Shown here piece by piece: positions 38,533 to 51,166 of a stretch of 64,000 nt of DNA. Each line of letters starts with the position of its first letter. Position 1 is the stretch's first letter. The DNA lies in the NCBI GenBank assembly GCA_017499595.2, contig CM039004.1, forward strand, positions 3,100,001-3,164,000, read 5' to 3'. The position numbers and the translations under genes are program-made. Below the pieces are notes generated by a model. The model was not told where the DNA came from. It did not search any database and saw only the letters and a list, made by a program, of their open reading frames with translations. The stretch is from Psilocybe cubensis (lineage: Eukaryota).

Positions 38533-41500
38533 TTAATACCCACCAAGAGCAGGTCCGGTCGAGGCTCCTGGAGGAGATTTTAATCTACCAGTGATGACTG
38601 CAGGCGCTATCTTTTTTGTGTACACTTTCAAGCCAATCACAATCGAGTTGTCGTCCTCAAGGACATCAGTCGGAAGTGGCATGGAGCCACCGATAGGCAA
38701 CAGTGGTGGAGAAAGCGGGGCTAGATCCAGAGGGGGAGGGGGAGGAAGGAGTCCAGGCGGGAACGGCGTGATCTTCCCAGGGCTCAGAGGAGGGGAGCCC
38801 GGGGGGATCCCAGCCCATCCAGGTTCCATGGGATACGTTCCATTAGGCGCACGTCCGTATCCTTTACCGTTTGGCATATGGCCCGCAGTGATGTTGTTTA
38901 CACCCTTTGAGCCACCGCGTACTGGGCGCTCTGATGCTGGCTCATTGGCGCTGGAGGAGCCGCCGTTCTTGCTCACCACAGTCGTCGTCGTCGTAGTCGT
39001 GGTGACAGTTACACTCTCACCTGGTTTTACCTCCCCGGCGTATGTCTTGATGGCATCAATGGCTGCCTTGTCCGATTTCACCTGCTGGCTTGCAAGCACA
39101 GCAGATGCCGGAGTTGGAAGAAGCTCTGGACTGAAGGGAGTTAGGCAAGGGAGCTCACAACAATATGAGTACCTACTTTGGTTTATAATCTGGAGACGCA
39201 TTTAGTTTTTCAATGCTGGTAGAAGGTGTTGGCAGCACTCACTTGATGCAATTGATTGACCTTTGGCGCGTTCAGTCATGATACGATTGAGTTTCCGTCT
39301 GTCCCATCCGGAAGCAAGGCCGTTCCTGAAATAGTCCTTTGAGAGTATTGGCCTACTGAAAAGATCCCAAGTACGAAAACCTACCTTGTCTCGAACGGGA
39401 GCGGGATCAATTCTTGCCTGATGTCCTTTAACATAAATTCACTGGAAAAGAAATAAAAGGGCGTCACCAGAATAATGTAATTCCCAGCTTGCAAATCCAT
39501 TTCTACACTGACTGATCTGCTGGCAAAGAACGAATATGAAGATTGGGCAATAGGCTCGGTCTCGCCTTCTTTGGCGAGTAAAAAGTCAAGATTCCAAAGG
39601 CAAGGACCGGATATGTCCTTGAAATAACGTGTGTTGTACTTGGACAGCACAATAATCACGGGTGAGGCGGCTGGTAGAGAGAACGAGACTATATAGCACG
39701 TTGAATGGCAATATTCTGATATCATGGAAAGGGCTTACAGTTGATATCACCGTACGAAAAGGCTTTCATGTTGGGGAACGGTAACGAGACGTGCAACCAT
39801 TGGGAAGACATGACCCACGAGTCATCAAATATGAGTGTCCTTTGTACCTCTTGCCATATGTTCAAGAAATCTTTATCTGGAATTCATAGTAGGCAACTGA
39901 ATATCCACTAATAGAAAGAAATCAACTCACATTCCATGACAAACTGCCCTTTCCCTCCAAAAGAATGGCCGAGCTCAGGAAGAATCTCTAACCATTCCTT
40001 GGTCCATTCTTTGGATCCATCTGACCATGGTCCATCCCAGCCAGCCGTACCCCATGGATCGCGCAGCACCACGAATCGCTTGCCCCTGATCTCTACGGCT
40101 TTGACAACGGAGTGGGAAAGATTTCCAACGAGACCATCCACTGAAGCATTTCTGACACCACTGCGGAACCCATCGAGGGTCTTGAACCAGCAACCAAAGA
40201 GTCGGTCTTCATTAGCTTTGACCAGTTCATCGTGCCAAAATTTGTCGTGATTCAAGATATCCTGTCATGCATATTGTCCCATGCGCGACAGAGAAACACA
40301 TTCGAATAAAAAATTCAGCTGAAGAATCAGTCGCTTTCCATAGTGCAATAATCTTGACATGCACACCTTGGTTAATATTAGATTCGAAACACCACTTATG
40401 ACAATCAAGAAATGAGATGAGGTACACCAGGCTGCTACATTTTAAGCAGACGTACCCTGTCATGTCTTCGATAGCATCTGAAGTCCGACCGTACATCACT
40501 GAAGCGTAATCGCCATGAACCTTAGCATACGCCTTTTCAACCAACGGGACCCAGGTCTCTCCATCTGTAGCAGGGCGAGAGAAGTACAGGGAATCGGATC
40601 CTTGCCTCGCAGTCTTGTTATAGTTTTCTTTCTCGAAGTGGTATAGTTCTTTCTCCGAATGTGATAGCTGTTCGTACTTTGGAACACGGGTGAACAGGAG
40701 GCTGATCCAGAGGAGGATGAGTGATGAGTTCGATTTCTGTACAAACTGGGGTTACTTACTCGTCGACGATGACTGGAACCCAGTAGCAATCTCTGTAAAA
40801 CAAGAAACCGTATATCCCAACCTCTTCGTCTCTCTAGATCAAAAGATGACGATACATATGAGTGAATAGAGAGAGCGCTGGCAAAACAAGAAACGACGTA
40901 CAGCGACACATAGATTGTCAATCAATCTCCGAACGGATGTCATGCTCGACAGAGCCGACACCAGATAACAATCTTCCACCGCGCCCTGTATAATTTCTGC
41001 TGATTTGCTTGTTCCAGTGTAGAAAACAGGGTTGGTAAACAATTCCGGTACGCGTCGAACATCTGCAACCTGGAATATATTGTTGTCCCCCAAATTGTGG
41101 AGGCATAGATGGCGGTCATTTTCCAAATCAAAGTCAACATCCCTGATCGATGGGAAAGCGGTGACCAATTGCCATCAATACTTGTTTTCATACGACGATC
41201 ATGCCCACCTGAACTTCCTGTTCTTCGCCCGACACTGTGCGGCTATTCGAAGGACGCTTGCTTTACACTCTTCGTATGCCTGCTTCATGCCTTCCGTGAT
41301 CGAGACACCGAGCTGCTGCTGCGCGTATGACACCGTGTTCACCGTCGAAGCGTTTACCTTCGGCTTTGCTCTCGAAGTGCCGTCTGGACTGACATTTCGA
41401 GACTTCATGGGTCCTCCGTACCCATTCGCACCTTGAAGAGGGGGCGGTGGTGGCTGCGAATAGGGGGGATACTGTGCCGGATATCCCTGAGCTGGGTAGT

Positions 41501-41576
41501 AGGATAGTGGAGCTGGATCACGGTGTCGCCGCCGCTCGCGACTGCGTGATCGGCCTCGGGAAGATGCTACTGACAT
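38533..41576 (-). CDS. Calpain-like protein, paralog 3, altered catalytic triad (candidate pseudo-protease)
   Basis: QGAVEDCYLVSAL, WVPLVEKAYAKVHG, GNLSHSV (His site is Leu), RDPWG (Asn site is Asp), WSDGSKEW and C-terminal GLKVYT. I saw no frame disruption. Confidence 0.9.
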
Positions 41577-43143
41577 AGATGATCTGGAGTCAAATCAGTT
41601 GAAGTCTGTGCACTACGACAGGGGAAGTCTCTTGCAAGGGGATCGCGACCGACTATTAAGCTGGACAATGATGGGGGGATTCAGGAAAACAAACCGCCAC
41701 CCGCCGCTCTTTAACCGGTGACTCTGCTTGATTTGTCCTGGCGTCGTGAGGAGCAATGAGGCGGTTAAATGTCGCGCGCCCAGTGCCGAAAAGCGCTTTG
41801 ACATGGTATTGATTCCAAGTTCTCACCTCCATTTGATGATGCTATGTTTGTCCCGACTCGTGGAATGATTCTCGCCGAACAATCGGTGGAAGCTTTAGAA
41901 CAAAATTCATTCATTGCGTCGAGTTTATTGAGAATTCGAGTTGGCTCGAAGCAATACCTACCTCATTTAATACTCAAGCGAGTCTTCAAGATAAGGAATC
42001 CATGAGTATCTGGGGCTATTCAAATGAATGACATGGAGCACGGTTCCGGGAGACGCTATTAGCGCCCTGCTTACGGTGGTTGTCCGGGTTTGGCGGAGTG
42101 ACATGTGGCAGTGATTTAACTTCTATTTTTGTTGAGGTGGCTCGGAAGAAATCCTTGAATAAGATATTTAGGTTAGTGGGATTTCCTGTTTAGAGAGGTA
42201 AGAAAGGAATATTGGAAGAGAGATGAGAAGGAACAGAATATGCGGTGTTTATAACATTCTGGGGGTGCGTAGGGCTTTGGCGGGAGGTCCGAGTCCGAGA
42301 GAACAGACACGAAGCAAATATTGTCAAGTAATTTCAAGTCTTTTGCTTTTCACAAATTGAACACAAATAAAGTTTTTCTCCATTTTTTGGTAATTTCCGT
42401 TTGGGATACACACCCATATAAACGGAAAACCCGAAGCAACGCGACTCGAGAGGGAAGAGAAAAGGGACGACAAAAGCCTGAATGTCTGGGACAACTCACG
42501 TGGAGGAGTAAGAAAAGGGGGTCAACGGTGTCCAAACACTGGAAAAAGTAATGGAAATCGGAGCAAGTGAGGAGGATTAACGCCGCGAAACTTACGCGAG
42601 TGGGGAACGCGAAATAAGACGTGAACATTATATAGAGAGAGCCTACAAAATACAGGAGTGTTCTACAGATCATAGAAGGTGATGGGATGTGAGAACTGAC
42701 AATATCAGGCACTTAGGTATCAAAGGAAAGTCGGTAGCTGTCAGGAGTTAATGACGATCCCAACTGGAAAAATTCTGTCCTCGCTGACGCACTGATAACT
42801 TATCCGTAGATGAGCGTTGCTGCGTACTCATCTTGGATTAATGTCAATAGGTTAATACTGATTCTGATTGTTCGTCGATGTTATCGACTCAGGAAATATC
42901 AACGAACCTTCAAAAACACAGAAGTTCGACACTAATTAATCAGTGCCCCTATATTATTCATTAATCTTATATCGTCATAATCCGTAGATGAAGAAAGGAA
43001 AGAGGTGCCTTGAGTCTACAGAGTGCAATCAAACAGCAAGCAAATTAACAAAGAAGGAAAACAATAAAGCGTATGTACAACATTGCGATATATATAGTGC
43101 TACAAAAATACGGAGGAATGTACCATTGACAGAGCCGAGGAAT

Positions 43144-45235
43144 TCATGGTTGAAGATGGATACGAACATGTTGTCCCAAATTGTCACGTCGACTAAAAGA
43201 TTTATCACAGCCCTCGTATGGACAGTGATGGGCTACACAAAGAATAAGAGCTCAAAACCACACGAAGTATAACAAACCACTCACGTTTATCATGCGTATG
43301 TATGCTTCGAACATGGCGCTTCAAATGCTCTCCACGAACAAAGCATTTACCGCATCCAGGAATAACGCAAACGTACGTCCTACAGCCACTCTCATCCACC
43401 ACGGGGGCGGGTGTGGTGGACTTCCGTAAGTTCCTTGACCTCGCTGTGCCCCCTGAACCATTATCCCTGCCATTCTCACCGTCGTCTCCAGCATAATACT
43501 CGTCATTGGTGTTATCGCCTGACATGACACTTGCCGACCTACGTATCCCACCTGCAGTGAGATCTGCCACGAAAGGAACCTTCCTTCCGCGGCTCTTCTT
43601 GTTGAGGTTTGGAACGGGGATGGGTAAGGGAATTGGATTGTTCTTCCTCTTACGGATGCCGGTTTTACCTTCCTGATACAGTGTCATGACGTCCAAGTCA
43701 TCCAAGTCTAGGCTGAGCTGCTCGCTGGAGCCACCGCTAACTCCCTTCGAGCCAAGCTGAGTAACGACGGCGAGGGCGAGGGCGGCGCTCCCTTTTGCTT
43801 TGCCTTTACCCCGCCTCGATTTTTTCTTAGAGGGAGAAGCAGTCACCGAATCCGCTTTGCTCTGGCGCTGCTTGGATCCCTGGAGTTCAAATTCAAGGGC
43901 GAAGTTGTGGCCGAAAGGAAGATCTGGAGATGGTGATCGAGAGGGACGATAGTCGTCCGATTCGTTGTCGTCGACAGCGTTATCAATATCATCGTCGCTC
44001 GCAATTTCCTCAGTCTCTACGATGCGAGATGACGTGGTGAGTGATGTGAACTGCCGCCGTCTCTTAGGTTGATGTGCCGAGGATGTAGCCTCGCTGTTGG
44101 AACTGTTAGAAAGAGATAGCGGAGAGAGTCCATACGGTCGTCTAATAGCCACGCTTGGAGAGGTTGACGTCGACCGGCGCCGTTTTTTCTGTGTCAAAGA
44201 AACCGTAGAAGGCGTCGCAACGCTACAACTATTATCCCAACCAGATAAACCACCTTGCCGTTTGGTATCAGAAGAACGAGGGGCACGAGTTTGAGGACGA
44301 CCACGGGAAGGTGACGAGTTTGAAGGAGAAGACAATGTCATGGTTGGTACATCGTCGCGTAGGCCTCCAGGAGGAGTGAACGTACTAGGGTTAAAAGTGA
44401 ATTCTGAAAGCGGAGTAAAACCGAGAAGTGATGCGTAGGATCCATTTGGGTTCATTGTGGGTACATCCCCACTACGAGCTGGAGTAACTTGAGAGGCAGA
44501 TGCTCCAATGATTGCTGGATTATCAGGCCTCTGCGCCGATAACAACTCATGTGAGGAGCGAAAGCCCGCAGATATGCGAGGAGGACTGTCAATGAATGGA
44601 ATGGAATTGAATATATCTGTGTTTTGGCTGGAAGGAAACGCAAGGCTGTTCGGTTGGGGAAATAAAGAAGAATCAATCTGGAATGAGGGAGCAATTCCTC
44701 CCTGACCTTGCATATCTGAAGGATACAACATAGGCGAGCTATGAGACTCCGCAAACTCAAGAGTATTCAGCGGATTCGATAGCGAAGCTGTGAGATACAT
44801 TTGCCATTGGATATCCTCTCGCGATTGGGCAGGTGATGAAAACTGGCTTTTGCCATCATAAATTCCAGTGTTGGCTGGGAAGGACGAGCGAGTAGTAGTG
44901 CAGGAAACTGTATCCTGACGAAGAGACGCAGGGGTGGAACAAGAAGGATTCAAAGGTGAAATGGTTTTCATGCCCTGAGGAGAGGCGTACTGATATTGAC
45001 CGAACTGCGACCATTGCTTCATGGGCTGAATCTGATTGTCCCATTGAGAATGGTTGAGAGGTTCGTTGATGTTAGTCATGGAAAGCAAATGCGCTCTTGG
45101 AGTCCTGGGTACTTCCAGAGCCCTCGCCGAGATATTTTCGTTGGAGTTCAGAGATGTGATACTCGCAGACGAATGCACGGCAGGCGAAATGGATCCGGTG
45201 AAATTCTCCATGTCCAGAAGCATTCCAATGTCCAT
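43144..45235 (-). CDS. C2H2 zinc-finger transcription factor (two C-terminal fingers, Msn2/Seb1-like); start uncertain
   Basis: CVIPGCGKCFVRGEHLKRHVRSIH, then intron, then PHHCPYEGCDKSFSRRDNLGQHVRIH; PVPNLNKKSRGRKVP motif and a long Ser-rich N-terminus. Confidence 0.88.
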
Positions 45236-45860
45236 CGTGGCAGCGACTGATTTGTAAAGAGATTGAAGAATGATGTGACCCGTTATCGAAGTATGAGGCA
45301 ATATACAGCCCTAAGGGCATGTACTGTGGGCGATGGACGCTTGCGACGTATGCATGGCTGACTTGATAAATGAGGCGCCATTGATGCGAGACTGGTTGAA
45401 TTCATTCTAGGCTGGACACAATCGAAATGATCTCAAATTCCTTCGGATTTGAAGGAAGTGATAAGTATGGTATTGGCGGCCTCGGAAGTCTAGGGAAGTT
45501 ACAATGAAGACCAATTAGTCGAAATAGTTGTCGGGGAAGGATGTTCCATAGCTCCGTATTTCGGTTCACTGATGGTGACATCGTCAACAACTTGAACGCC
45601 GGTGATTCAATCTGGAGGTCCACATAGTAGGCTTGGTTCCAGATAGGTTACCTTTTCAGAATTATAAACGAACCAATTGAACTTGTCTTGCGCTCGAGTT
45701 TCCATTGAAAGTGTCCCCCACCAGGCTTATCAGTGGAGAATTGTTGTTCAAGTTAGGGTTGGGGTTTGAGTCGGACGTTACCGGTTAAGAATCAAGCTTC
45801 AAGATTTGCCGGAGTCTGAACTTTAATTTTTAACTCCTTGGTCTTGACGCGTCTTCAACG

Positions 45861-48542
45861 ATGTCGCTCGTGTCGGGAACAGCGTTATCGGTGACTCCTC
45901 ACCCGGACGTCGTAGCACTTCCAATTCCGTTAATTTTACTGGTTCACCTTCACATCCTTGAATATCCCTTGGCGAACAATCCGGAGTATGACCACCAAAT
46001 CTTCAATCCTCGCACACGCGGTTTGCGAGAACGTACGAAGGTTATGGAGGACGTGAGTTATTTTCTAGTAGGAAAGATTGAAGGAAAGACTGTGAAAAGC
46101 GTGCGTATTTTAACAAACAGCGTTTAAGTGTCGCGTTCGGACCATCCGATGCTTTGTTTAAGAGCATGCCCCTGAGGTGCATTTCAATTTTAGTGACACA
46201 CTGACATCTACCGATACAGATTCTGTCTACATATCCATGTACACAACCATCCGAGTCGCTAGCATTTCGAACCTCTTTGTCGAAGTACCTGGAAATTCTC
46301 CGCCACCAAAGCATCTTCACCCCTTCTGCGCGATCTGGTATGAAGGCAGGACCTAGTGCAAATTCAGTAGCAATTGCAGAGCCAAGTAACGCGTTCTGGT
46401 GGAAAGAAGTTGTAGTCAGAAAATCGCTCTTAGAGGAGTGCTTTGGAGAAAAGTGAGTACTCCACTATGTACGGGCGCTAAGGCTTGTTCACGATGTAGT
46501 AGGTTTGAACGCTTAATTTTATCATTGTCAACTCACGCTTTGATGAAAGTTTCTGGGAGTATAGTATCTGACCAGATAAGCGTATGTAGGTTCTCCTTTA
46601 TGTTCTTCATGGACCTGATAGTTACCTGAATAATTTATCCTTCGTAGCCTTACAGACTCTGCCATTTACGTATACCGCGTCACTTGCAGCGTACCAGGCT
46701 AGTATACATACTTGGAAGAAGCAGGCCTCGTTATTGACCAAATCGGCGAATGATCTTCAAGTCTTACGGGTCTGTGACAAATGATCTGAAACCTCTTTTT
46801 GTGTTTTCATGTTTACTGCACAGAATTCTCTGTGCGGAAACATGGACTCGAAATATTCTGCAATTCCAACGGATAAATTGAAAGCCCTTGCAGATTCAAA
46901 GTTAGAAGAACTTCTCCAGCGTTACTGGGTAGGCGAAGAAGGGAAGCATTTACTTTCCTTTCTCGTTTTACTGGCAGGAATCAAGTCTGCCAGAGCGCCT
47001 TCCATCGTCAATATGAACCTCTCGGACCAACCATCCGCTGTACGTTTTTTCACTGTCAGATTAACTGTGACTTAAAGAAACTGCAGAAACCTACTGGACC
47101 CCCACCTCCTTTACCGGTTGCTGCCGCTCATCATCCATCTCATCTGAAAAGGCTACGCCGTCCTGTTTTTCAGGTCAAGGTTAAGTCTAATGTCGGACCA
47201 GTTGGAAATATATCAAGCAAAGCCCACGCAGAAATAATGCTTTCTGAGTACCGGGAAACTGAAAGGCTAATGCGGCTAAATCTATTGGATGCACTCACTC
47301 AAACGAGAAAAATCGGATCCGAACTCAGAGGCAAATTTGAGTCCATCCTGGCTCCATCTATAGCACCCTCGAATCTATTTTGGACTCCTCCGGAATTTTC
47401 CATGACTTTGACATTTGTCGATCCTGTGCCAGGAAAAGAGCTTCTTAGCTCGCTGGGGTTGACTTCGGAGTACGAGGCTTTAGATGTGGAAGAAGATACC
47501 TTGGAGAAGAAAATCGAGCACATTCGCACCGTAGTTCTACCTCCATATCCTGCGATTCCCGATCAATGTACGCCTCTCAAACCAGCTCTCGACGACAGAA
47601 AGGAAGGCGAGAGGCTGAAAGTACAAACCAGTCTCAACCAGCACGCCCGCTCAACAATGGATTCGGCATGTCCATTGTCGTCATCATCGTTGTCGGAGTT
47701 GTCAGAAGTTCATCTGCCTGATCCGCCACAAATATTGCCTGGCAAATCTTCTAGGAGCAACAGGCTACAGTCTATTCACTTTTCTCTGGCCCGGAAGCGG
47801 ACGCAGAGAACGTCCTCGTCCAATGATCCCCTCGATGATGAAGTTGACAGAGTAGGTATCCTTTTCTTTCGCATAAATGCTATGATATTAAACCCTTCCT
47901 TAGCTTGTTGACGAAACCAACGACTTTCCAACTGACGATGAGAACACTGATGAAGAAGGTTATGGTTTTTCGCCGCTTAAGACGCCAAAGTCCAAATCAA
48001 AGCCGGTAGTAAACAGGATCTGGACGGCTGGTACTCCAACGCGCGGAAAAAGGCATGGTCTGGGCCAAGGCACTCCGATACCTAGGATTCCATCGGCTAT
48101 AACACGTTCATTAGAAATGGGTCCGTCAGTCAGCTTGCCTAGTATGCCATCGACTTCATCATCAGCATTTGGCGGTATTCATGACGAGTCCGTACCTGCG
48201 AACGATGACGAAAATTCATGGGATGTGGATAACACAGAAGCCACACCTCGTCCGATCAGGCCCAATTTACCACCGCGGAAGGATAATTCGAATATCGACC
48301 TGAATGGGCACAAAGATGAAGATGAAGATGTTTTCTACGATGATCCTTCAAGTATGACCTTGAAGGAAATTCTGTTGACCGCAGGTGCCAGCCATTTTGA
48401 CTTACTAGGTAAGTGTTCGTTGACATTTCCGTTACCCACATGTTGATTGATCACTTTTATACTACTAACACATTTAGACGCTACCACCAACGATGAACTT
48501 AATGAGGCTATGGAGGAAGACACCTCGTTTGTTTGGGAATAA
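45861..48542 (+). CDS. Augmin/HAUS complex subunit 6 N-terminal domain protein
   Basis: LLVHLHILEYP...YFLVGKIEG...YPC.QPSESLAFR..L.KYLE...WWKEVVVRKSLLEEC.GEKFERLILSLSTHAL, recalled as the fungal HAUS6 N-terminal pattern. An ACGCGT (MCB-like) site lies just upstream (~45847). Confidence 0.75.
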
Positions 48543-48959
48543 ACGATATGAAGTTGAGATTGTACTAGGTGAGCAATGAACGTTCTTCATTGTCGTATGG
48601 AGAGATTCTAAAAGTAATTTAGCTGTATAAATAAATTGCAGGTCTCAATATGCCATGTATAATTAACGCTAAGCTGTTCAAAATAATCTCAAACTGTGCG
48701 ACTCAATTTTGGGCAACTGACATCCAAAATACGGCGATAGATCGCGTGTCCTCGTGCTGTTGTTCAGCGTCATCGTGACTTTCCTCTCGTTCTTTGAGGA
48801 CTTCTATGTCCGTCCCACACGACCCATTTTTACCGTCTAACTTTACGCCTCTCATAAGGAAAACCGAATAACCAATCCACGCACGCACGTTCACCGTATT
48901 TAAAACGGGAGTTAGTATAAAATGCAACAATGGGCCCTGTACAGGGTACTGTGATTGTG

Positions 48960-50883
48960 ATGTATACTTTGTCTGGGGCTATTCTCGTTTTATGCGGATC
49001 GTTGTCCTTACTTAGAGGGGTTAGTTGTGCCCCAACAGTAGATTCCACTCAGACTTCGTCTGCCGCAGCAGCAGCCGTATCCGTAACTTTGGACGGACTT
49101 ACATACATCAATAAGGTAAGTTCAGATGTGCCGTAATATGTCTTGATAGTTAATCGAAGCTATACGCAACAGGGGCTTGTTGGATTTGGTCTTATTCCTT
49201 CGGATTTCTTAGAATCAACTGGCGATACCATTGGTGGAATCGGAAGTGCTATCGCTATCAAACGTGGTACATGGACGGCTCACACAGATGGGACCTTCTC
49301 TGGAACCTTGGTCGTCCATCCTGATCGCGGTTTTAATGTGTGAGTACAAGTCATAAAGTGTGCCTTTCTTTTGTTACTCATGCAAATTTGGCATGTTGAA
49401 GTGATGGCACAGTTGACTATCAAGCGCGTCGCCATGAACTTCGGTTCACGTTGTCTCCATATACGAGCTCTACTCAACTAACGTTCTCCGCTGCGCAACA
49501 GACGTTTAATATTTCGTATGTTAACACTACTCTTGAGGTTGAAAGGGGAAATACGAAGACAAGTGGTCTGGATCCCAGCGCAATCAGACCAGCTCAGAGT
49601 GGATTTCCAACGGTACCGACTGCCGATCCTCAGATGCCAATTGCCTCGAACAGCGAGCCGCATCTCGTGTTGGATATCGAGGGTATTGTATTAAACACTG
49701 ATGGATCGTAAGTACGGAATTTATGTGTGAACGTATCTCATCAAACCATTGTACAGATACTGGCTAAGTGATGAGTATGGTCCATACATCTATCGGTTCA
49801 ATGCGGCAGGGCAACTCTTGCAGACGATCCAGCCTCCCGCAGCAATCCTACCCATTATCGACGGAGAGCTGAATTTCACTTCCGAGGACGATCCAGATAC
49901 CGGGAGGGCAGCTAATCAAGGTATAAATCGAAGATTTATATGTTCTTTGACATCGTGACTAAATGGTTGATACCAGGCTTCGAAGGCCTTACCATCGATC
50001 CTACCACAAACACTCTATATGCCATGCTCCAGTCTGCCACTATCCAAGATGGTGGTAGCGACAAGAGCACATCACGCTTTACGCGCCTATTTGCTTACAA
50101 CGTATCGAATCCGTTGGTTGAAGTACCCTTAATTGGAGAATGGGTGGTGCCATTGCCACAAAGCAGCAGCGGAAAAACGGAAGCTTGTAGTGAAATACAC
50201 TTCTTAGGTGCTGGTGTGTTTTTGGCACTGTCTAGAGATGGAGATGGACGGGGAGGAAACGATAACAAATCCAGTTACAAGTGAGAACATTTTGTGCAAT
50301 CTTATCATCCGAGTCCCAAACTGAGAAAAATTCCTCTTTCTTCAGGCAGGCAGACTTGTTCTCTATTGCTAAAGCCACAGATATCCATGGTACCTCATTC
50401 GACACTGCTTCGACACCTATTTCACCTAACGGAAAACTGGCCAAAAGTATCACTGCCGCTAATTACGTATCCTTTGTCAACTTTTTGGACAGTACTCAAT
50501 TGGCCAGATTTGGTTTGCACAATGGTTGGCAAAGAACTTTATTCTAATTTTTCGTATTCAATTTATTCAAGCGCGTATTAGGTTCCCCAGACGACGAGAC
50601 CTTGATCGATGCAAAATGGGAATCGTTAGCTCTGGCACCCGCTAATGACCCATCCTTCCCCAACGACTACTTTTTGATCACTGCTGTAAGCCACATCGTC
50701 CAAAGTTGAGGATCGATACTGATACATTTATTTTAGTCTGATAATGATTTCCTCAGCACACATGGAGTTTCCCTTGGCGTCCCTTTTGACGCTGGAATAG
50801 ATGTGGATAACCAGTTTTTGGTCTTCCGGGTTACTCTGCCTAGCATTGTCCCTGGGAGCGTTCAACTCAACCTAGGGATCTGA
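48960..50883 (+). CDS. Secreted phytase-like/esterase-like beta-propeller protein
   Basis: Signal peptide; GDTIGGIGS, PDRGFN, LDIEGI, WLSDEYGPYIY, NQGFEGLT, KWESLAL and SDNDF motifs. TATA at ~48916 favours the ATG at 48960. Confidence 0.85.
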
Positions 50884-51166
50884 GCTATCCGTTCTCGGTT
50901 TTTCGGTTGGTTCACTGCGGTTGGGAAACCTCCACTACATAAGGTATACAAATATATATATACTTGTGCGTCCGAATTCACAGGGAAAATACGAAATCAA
51001 AACCATCTCAATAGTTTTATAAATCATAATGTCTTCCCAGGATATAATGTGTGTTACACGTCCTGTAAACGTGGCAATACGTCACTGATATACGTTCGCA
51101 CTCTGACGCCGGTTACTCCGCATATAAAGCGCTATTGCAAAGGTTACCATCCTAGAAGTAACAGCT

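Noticed and set aside
38830-38910. Calpain 3 tail GVNNITAGHMPNG...PNGTY as a match to the NLR peptide GANNVVITNGTF
   Set aside because: Only loose similarity, with different spacing and prolines; not enough to call a cognate amyloid motif.
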